A stretch of DNA of 64,000 nucleotides from the human T2T-CHM13v2.0 reference genome, Homo sapiens, in assembly GCF_009914755.1 (NCBI RefSeq), contig NC_060928.1. One strand, 5' to 3'. The notes beneath the pieces were generated by a model, which had not been told where the DNA came from, ran no database searches, and was given only the letters and a program-made list of their open reading frames with translations. This document shows, in pieces, positions 58,761-64,000 of this stretch. How positions within the stretch are numbered: the first letter of the stretch is position 1; each line of letters opens with the position of its first letter. Position numbers and translations under genes: made by a program.

Positions 58761-59934
58761 AGACAAAGAACTGTGCTAAACATAACCCTGTGAATTGTAT
58801 GAATAGTGAAAATTATATATTTTATATATATATATGTAAAACTGCGATTGACTGAGATAATATAGAATTTAAAAACAGTTATCAGCACAAAACATTCAGA
58901 AAATAACTTGTTGCACAGAGATTTATAATGATGGGCATTTCTAAATGTTAGAAAACAATAGTTGATTCGCAGAGAACTTAGGCTACATTTGCAAAATCAC
59001 TTATGTTCTGAAACAAAAAGAAGGGTCCCTAAAATTAATGATTCATTAGCGCATTCAAGAGATTTAAAATTCTAGCACATAACGATTCCTTCATTTGTCT
59101 CTATCAGAGAGCACACTGACAGTCTGCTCTCTGGGTAACACAAGAACTTAGCTTTGTTTGACAGCTCTCATTCCCTGGAAAAGGATGTTTCAGTTTCAGT
59201 ACAGCAACATACTGCTTAGCATGCTTTTTTTTTTTTTTTTAAGTGACTTTGGCTTCACTGTCAATAAAGTCCCATTTCGATGTATCAGTTTTATGTCCCC
59301 TCATTAGTATTTGGCAAGAAAAATCAGGCAACACATGTAGTCAGCTTATAACAAGTTCATGAATTTGTATTTTAATCCACTTCTGGGAAAAGACAAGCAG
59401 CCAAAGATCCAAATGATATATTAATGGTCTAAATTTTACTCTAATTCATCTTTTTCCAATATATGAGAGGTAATGAGGACCTAACTAAGTATTGCATAAG
59501 TCTTTTCAACTAACATTGGTTCACTTTTGAGGTCACAGGCTCCCTCAGTAAAATCTCAGATTCTACATGCCCCTTGGTGTCTTATTCCCCACTTCAATAT
59601 CAGAAGCAATGTGTCTTGATATTTCTTCATTGCTTGTTCATGTGGGGATTTTTTACATGGTTAACCAAAAACTAGTATTTTCTGCTTAGGTTGCCAATAA
59701 ATAGATCCGTATTCATGGCTTCAAATGAATAGCATGTGATTTTTTTAATGCTTTTGTTGGTTGTACCTTGACTTGTTCTAGATAGGATTAAAGGGTTTTA
59801 TCTAAGGAAAATATGAATTTTGGAAGTTTTTCCTTTATAAACATAGCATCATCATTTTTAAAAGCCTTTTAATATATAAAGTATCGTTTTCATGTGTCTT
59901 TTGGGAAATTAACTGTGATTAAAAATGTTATTAG

Positions 59935-60215
59935 AATGAAAAAGATCATATATTGTATGATTCCACTTTTATGAAAAATCCAGAAAAGAGACTCTATAGA
60001 GATAGAAAGTAGATTAGTGATTGCCTGGGGCTGGGGGTGGAGATAGGGATGGCTACAAATGTCATAAGGGATCTCTTGGGAGTGATGAGAATATTCTAAA
60101 TTGGAGTTGTATTGTGCAACTCCATAAATTTACCAAAAATCATTGAAATCACTTAAACTTCATTGTGAATTTTTATGTTAAGTAAACTATACTTAAATAA
60201 AGCTTTTATTTAAAA
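59935..60215 (+). mobile_element. L1ME1-like 3'UTR
   Basis: tattgtatgattccac...gatagaaagtagattagtgattgcctgggg...aaactatacttaaataaagc. Confidence 0.8.
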
Positions 60216-60413
60216 ATGTTTTTTGTTAAACCTAAGCAATTATTTATAACATTTTAAAATTATTCTTAAGTCTATAGGGCTCTGAATAACAAAGCTTTCA
60301 GTTACTGAAATACATCACACTCAGGCTGAAATAAACCTAATTCTTCAAGGGGCTCTTTTGACCTATTTGCCCCATTCTGGATGCCACAATAGTGGTTTTA
60401 TTGTCAATTGGGT

Positions 60414-60581
60414 GTGTCTTGTATATATGTGTGTGTATGTGTATATATATAGGTATATATATATATATATACCTATATAAGTATATATATACCTATGTGT
60501 ATACATATATACACATATATATACATATATACCTATATATACGTATATATACATATACGTATATATAGGTATATATATATA
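60414..60581. repeat. Complex (TA)n/(TG)/(CA) microsatellite with internal palindromes
   Basis: Direct reading. Confidence 0.95.
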
Positions 60582-60824
60582 ATAACTAAAACGTTTGTTT
60601 CAATTTTAGCTTCAAATTATATAAAAAGTTTTAACTGTGAATAACTAAACTTAAGAAAGAAACTGAACCATGTATGGCAACCCTAACATAACTATATACA
60701 CCAGGCAATGGAATTCTGATATGATTATTCCATTTCCATATCCCCTAAGGAATTTATAAAACTCTTAACATGCTACAAATACAATAGCAACATTAATGAC
60801 AAAAGTTTTCAAAAGCAATAGATA

Positions 60825-61265
60825 TTATTTATTGAGTGCTTACCATGTATCAGGCATTACCAAGGGCTTAGCAAAATAGTGTTATTTAATTCACACACCA
60901 ATTTAGGTATTATTATGCCCATTTTATTATAGAGGAAACTAAATTTTAAAATGTATTACTAACTTACCAGTGTCACACAGTAAGTAGGTGACAGAGCCAG
61001 CATTTGAATCCAAGTCTATCCATCATGCAGTAGATAAGAACCTGAATATCATGGGAAGCCAAGCTGGGTGTGAGTTTGGATGCTCCCCTCTCTAGCTACA
61101 TATCCTTGGGAGTTACCAAAACTCTCAATGCTTTCATCTCCCACATTTATAAAATGAGGGTAATAATGCTATCTAGCCATAATAAAATGTTTGAAACAAT
61201 TAAATGAGATAATGAATGTGAAGCTTTTAAAACTTCACTCAGAATATAGTGGCTTCTTAATAAAC
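60825..61265. mobile_element. Two MIRs head to head (minus then plus)
   Basis: ttattgagtgcttaccatgtatcaggca...gaggaaacta...tttgaatccaagtct; then ataaaatgagggtaataat...ttaaatgagataatgaatgtgaagc. Confidence 0.75.
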
Positions 61266-61726
61266 GATAACAAGTATTCATAGAAGAAATAATTACTATT
61301 AACTCTGGAGCAAAATATGCATTTTGAAATGAATACACAATTAACTGAGACTGTTAGTTTAACTTCATTCAAATTCTTAGGCAATCCACAAAATATAAAT
61401 AAGGCAGTGAAATTTCAACCAACCCTCAAGTTCTTGACAACTATTAATATCTGCCACCACATCTGTCTGATTATCAGTGTTATCATTTCTTCTGCCTCTA
61501 TAACCCTCAACTGTGCCATTTAAAAGATGTATTTCTAAAATTAAATGTTTAGTTGTAATTTCCTGACAATTTGTCAGCAATTACTACATACTAATAATTC
61601 CAATCGGATTTTAAAAATAATTTAATAAAGCATTGTGTTCATTAGAAAAATATTTTATTTTAGCAAACTTTTTAAAAATTTCACTAAAAAGTCTTCTTAA
61701 AAATCTTCCCAAGTCTTTGTAGATTC

Positions 61727-62079
61727 TGTGGCACATATACACCATGGAATACTATGCAGCCATAAAAAATGATGAGTTCGTGTCCTTTGTAGGGCCATGG
61801 ATGAAGTTGGAAACCATCATTCTCAGCAAACTATGGCAAGGACAAAAAACCAAACACCACATGTTCTCACTCACAGGTGGGAATTGAACAATGAAAACAC
61901 TTGGACACAGGGTGGGGAACATCACACACCAGGGTCTGTTGTGGGGTGGGGGGAGGGGGGAGGTATAGCATTAGGAGATATACCTAAGGTAAATGACGAG
62001 TTAATGGGTTCAGCACACCAACATGGTACATGTATACATATGTAACTAACCTGCACCTTGTGCACCGTAGAACTTAAAG

Positions 62080-62124
<45 letters not shown>
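61727..62124 (+). mobile_element. Short 5'-truncated L1PA4/5-like 3' end with (TA)21 tail
   Basis: tgtggcacatatacaccatggaatactatgcagcc...aacttaaagtat; TSD atcttcccaa(g/a)tctt. Confidence 0.93.
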
Positions 62125-62127
<3 letters not shown>

Positions 62128-63099
62128 TCCCAAATCTTCTTATACTTTTACACATATGTAACCATACTTGGAAAGACATAATGAGGGAATTTACATTTGT
62201 TCTATGCAGGTTTGTGTGAGAACAGCCACAGGTGATTATCGTTTTTGCATTTAGAAGCTTAGGTTTAAAAAATTTAATTGGGCATTTTCTGGTTGAAAAT
62301 TTAAAAAAATCATAGATACAATGATTAATAACCAGAATTCTAATTGAGAAAATAAACAACAGTATTTGCATGATGTTTACAAATTGGGTGCTCAGGGCAG
62401 ATGACCCTGACAGCACATGAATGTAAGCTAAGCAGTTCCAGGCAGGCAGGGAGTCTCTGTTGCTCTACATACTTAAAGGAGAATCATGAAGAAAGAGGCT
62501 GCTCAATGGCCAAACTAGTTAAATGCTCAGGTTTAAGCAGGATTCTGTTGTTTTGTTTGTTTTTGTTTTGCTTTGTTTTTGGTAGAAACTTGCTGGATTT
62601 TTCAGGAAGGTGCTTAAGAGCACAGAACTAATGAATCTAAGTGAGACATTGAGAGTAGTTTGAGTGACTTGCCCAGGGCTGTATACGATGATTCTAGAGG
62701 GACCCGCACTTATAGTCCGCTTGACCTCACTTAAAGTCCTCCAGCATCAGAAAACCAAGAATTCACAAAAATCACAGAGCAGACATTTAACTCTCACAGA
62801 GCTGGAGAAGTGATATTTGAAATAAATTTAATCAGGTTTCAGGGAAAAGGGGATTTAACTGACCCAAGAAGGCTATATATAGTAACATAAAATAGTGAAA
62901 TTATGGCCAAATGTATATAATTTTAGATTATCAGTCATTTTACTTACAAGAACAATGAAGTGTAAAGAAATTTTGGTATTAGCTTATGATAAACACCAAG
63001 ACTTCACGTTTGTTTTCAAGTTCTTTAAATCGACATCAATTTTATAATTTTTATGTATTCATTTTCTGCTTAATCTAGAAATAATGGCAGTGAATTCAT

Positions 63100-63490
63100 C
63101 AAGGTGATCATGAATTGTCTATATGTTCTTCTAGTTCTATCAATTTGTGCTTTAAATATCTTGAAACTTTGTTTTTAAAGGTTCACTCAAGTTTTGAATT
63201 GTATGTTTTTCTATGACATTAACCTTGTATCATTATGTAGTGAAGCTCCATCCCTAGTAATGGTTTTTATGTGAAAATCCATTTTGTCTAATATTAGTAT
63301 ACTGATAACTGCTCTTTTTGGATAAAAACTCTCCCGTATGTATGTTTTTTGATCACTTAACTTTCAACCTTTAAGTGTTATTGTGTTTCATGATATATGA
63401 TACATATATATATTCTAATAAGCTTGTTTTTAACTTAAACATTTAGTTATTTATACTTATTACAAATACTTGATTATTTTAACTTATTAT
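63100..63490 (-). mobile_element. Old L1M fragment, resuming after the LTR
   Basis: attttgtctaatattagtatactgataactgctctttttgg; ttaactttcaacctttaagtg. Confidence 0.55.
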
Positions 63491-63494
63491 AATC

Positions 63495-63889
63495 TGTGTG
63501 AGTTTGCTAAGGCTGACACTACAAAATACCCCAGACAACGCCTTAAGCAACACAATTTTACTTTCTCACAGTTCTGGAAGTTGGAAGTCCAAGATAATTG
63601 AAGGGGTTGGCAGATTTGGTTTCTTAGGAGGGCTGTTTTCCCTTTCCTTGCAGATGGCCATCTTCTTGCCGTGTCCTCACATAGTCTTGACTCTGTGCAC
63701 CTGCACCCTGGCATCTCTCTGTGTGTCCACATTTACACAATCAGCTTGGATTAGAGCCCACCCTAAAAAGCTCATTGTAATGTATTCACATTTCAAAAGG
63801 CTCTGTCTTCAAATACAGTCACCTCTGTGGTACTGGAGTTCAAGGTGTCAACATATGAATTTGGGGAGGACACAATTGAACCCATGGCA
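63495..63889 (-). mobile_element. MLT1A/MLT1A0 solo LTR
   Basis: tctcacagttctggaagttggaagtccaagat...ttgcagatggccatcttc...caacatatgaatttggggaggacacaattgaaccc. Confidence 0.88.
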
Positions 63890-64000
63890 CTATCTTTACA
63901 TTTTGTGTATTTTATTTTTCCTAACTCTTCTATAATTTTCCTTTTCATTATTGCCTTCTATTTAATTGGTTGATTAACTTTATATATCCCACTATAATTT

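Noticed and set aside
63498-63935. 145-aa ORF
   Set aside because: Lies across an MLT1A LTR; no recognisable protein features

Overview
Primate (hominoid, most likely human) AT-rich, CpG-poor intronic or intergenic DNA dominated by interspersed repeats. I recognise no host protein-coding exon, RNA gene or CpG island. Nearly all ORFs in the supplied track are LINE-1 fragments, Alu/LTR-derived, or chance. Main content: a full-length, TSD-flanked but disabled L1PA3-type element (51399-57583, minus) that keeps the ~129-bp 5'UTR segment and an open, extended ORF0; a near full-length ancient L1MB-type element (20112-26120) carrying a nested MSTB LTR; several truncated L1PA copies, including a head-to-tail pair; six Alus; MaLR/ERVL LTRs; DNA transposons (MER30, Tigger3b, MER5, MER91-like); MIR/L2 relics; and a tRNA-derived MamSINE1-like relic. 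The best leads are candidate minus-strand non-coding exons, four small inverted-plus-tandem duplication scars, and mechanistic footprints in the L1 insertions. I found no convincing previously undescribed biological system. Subfamily calls come from remembered consensus sequences rather than alignments, and boundaries of old repeats are approximate.
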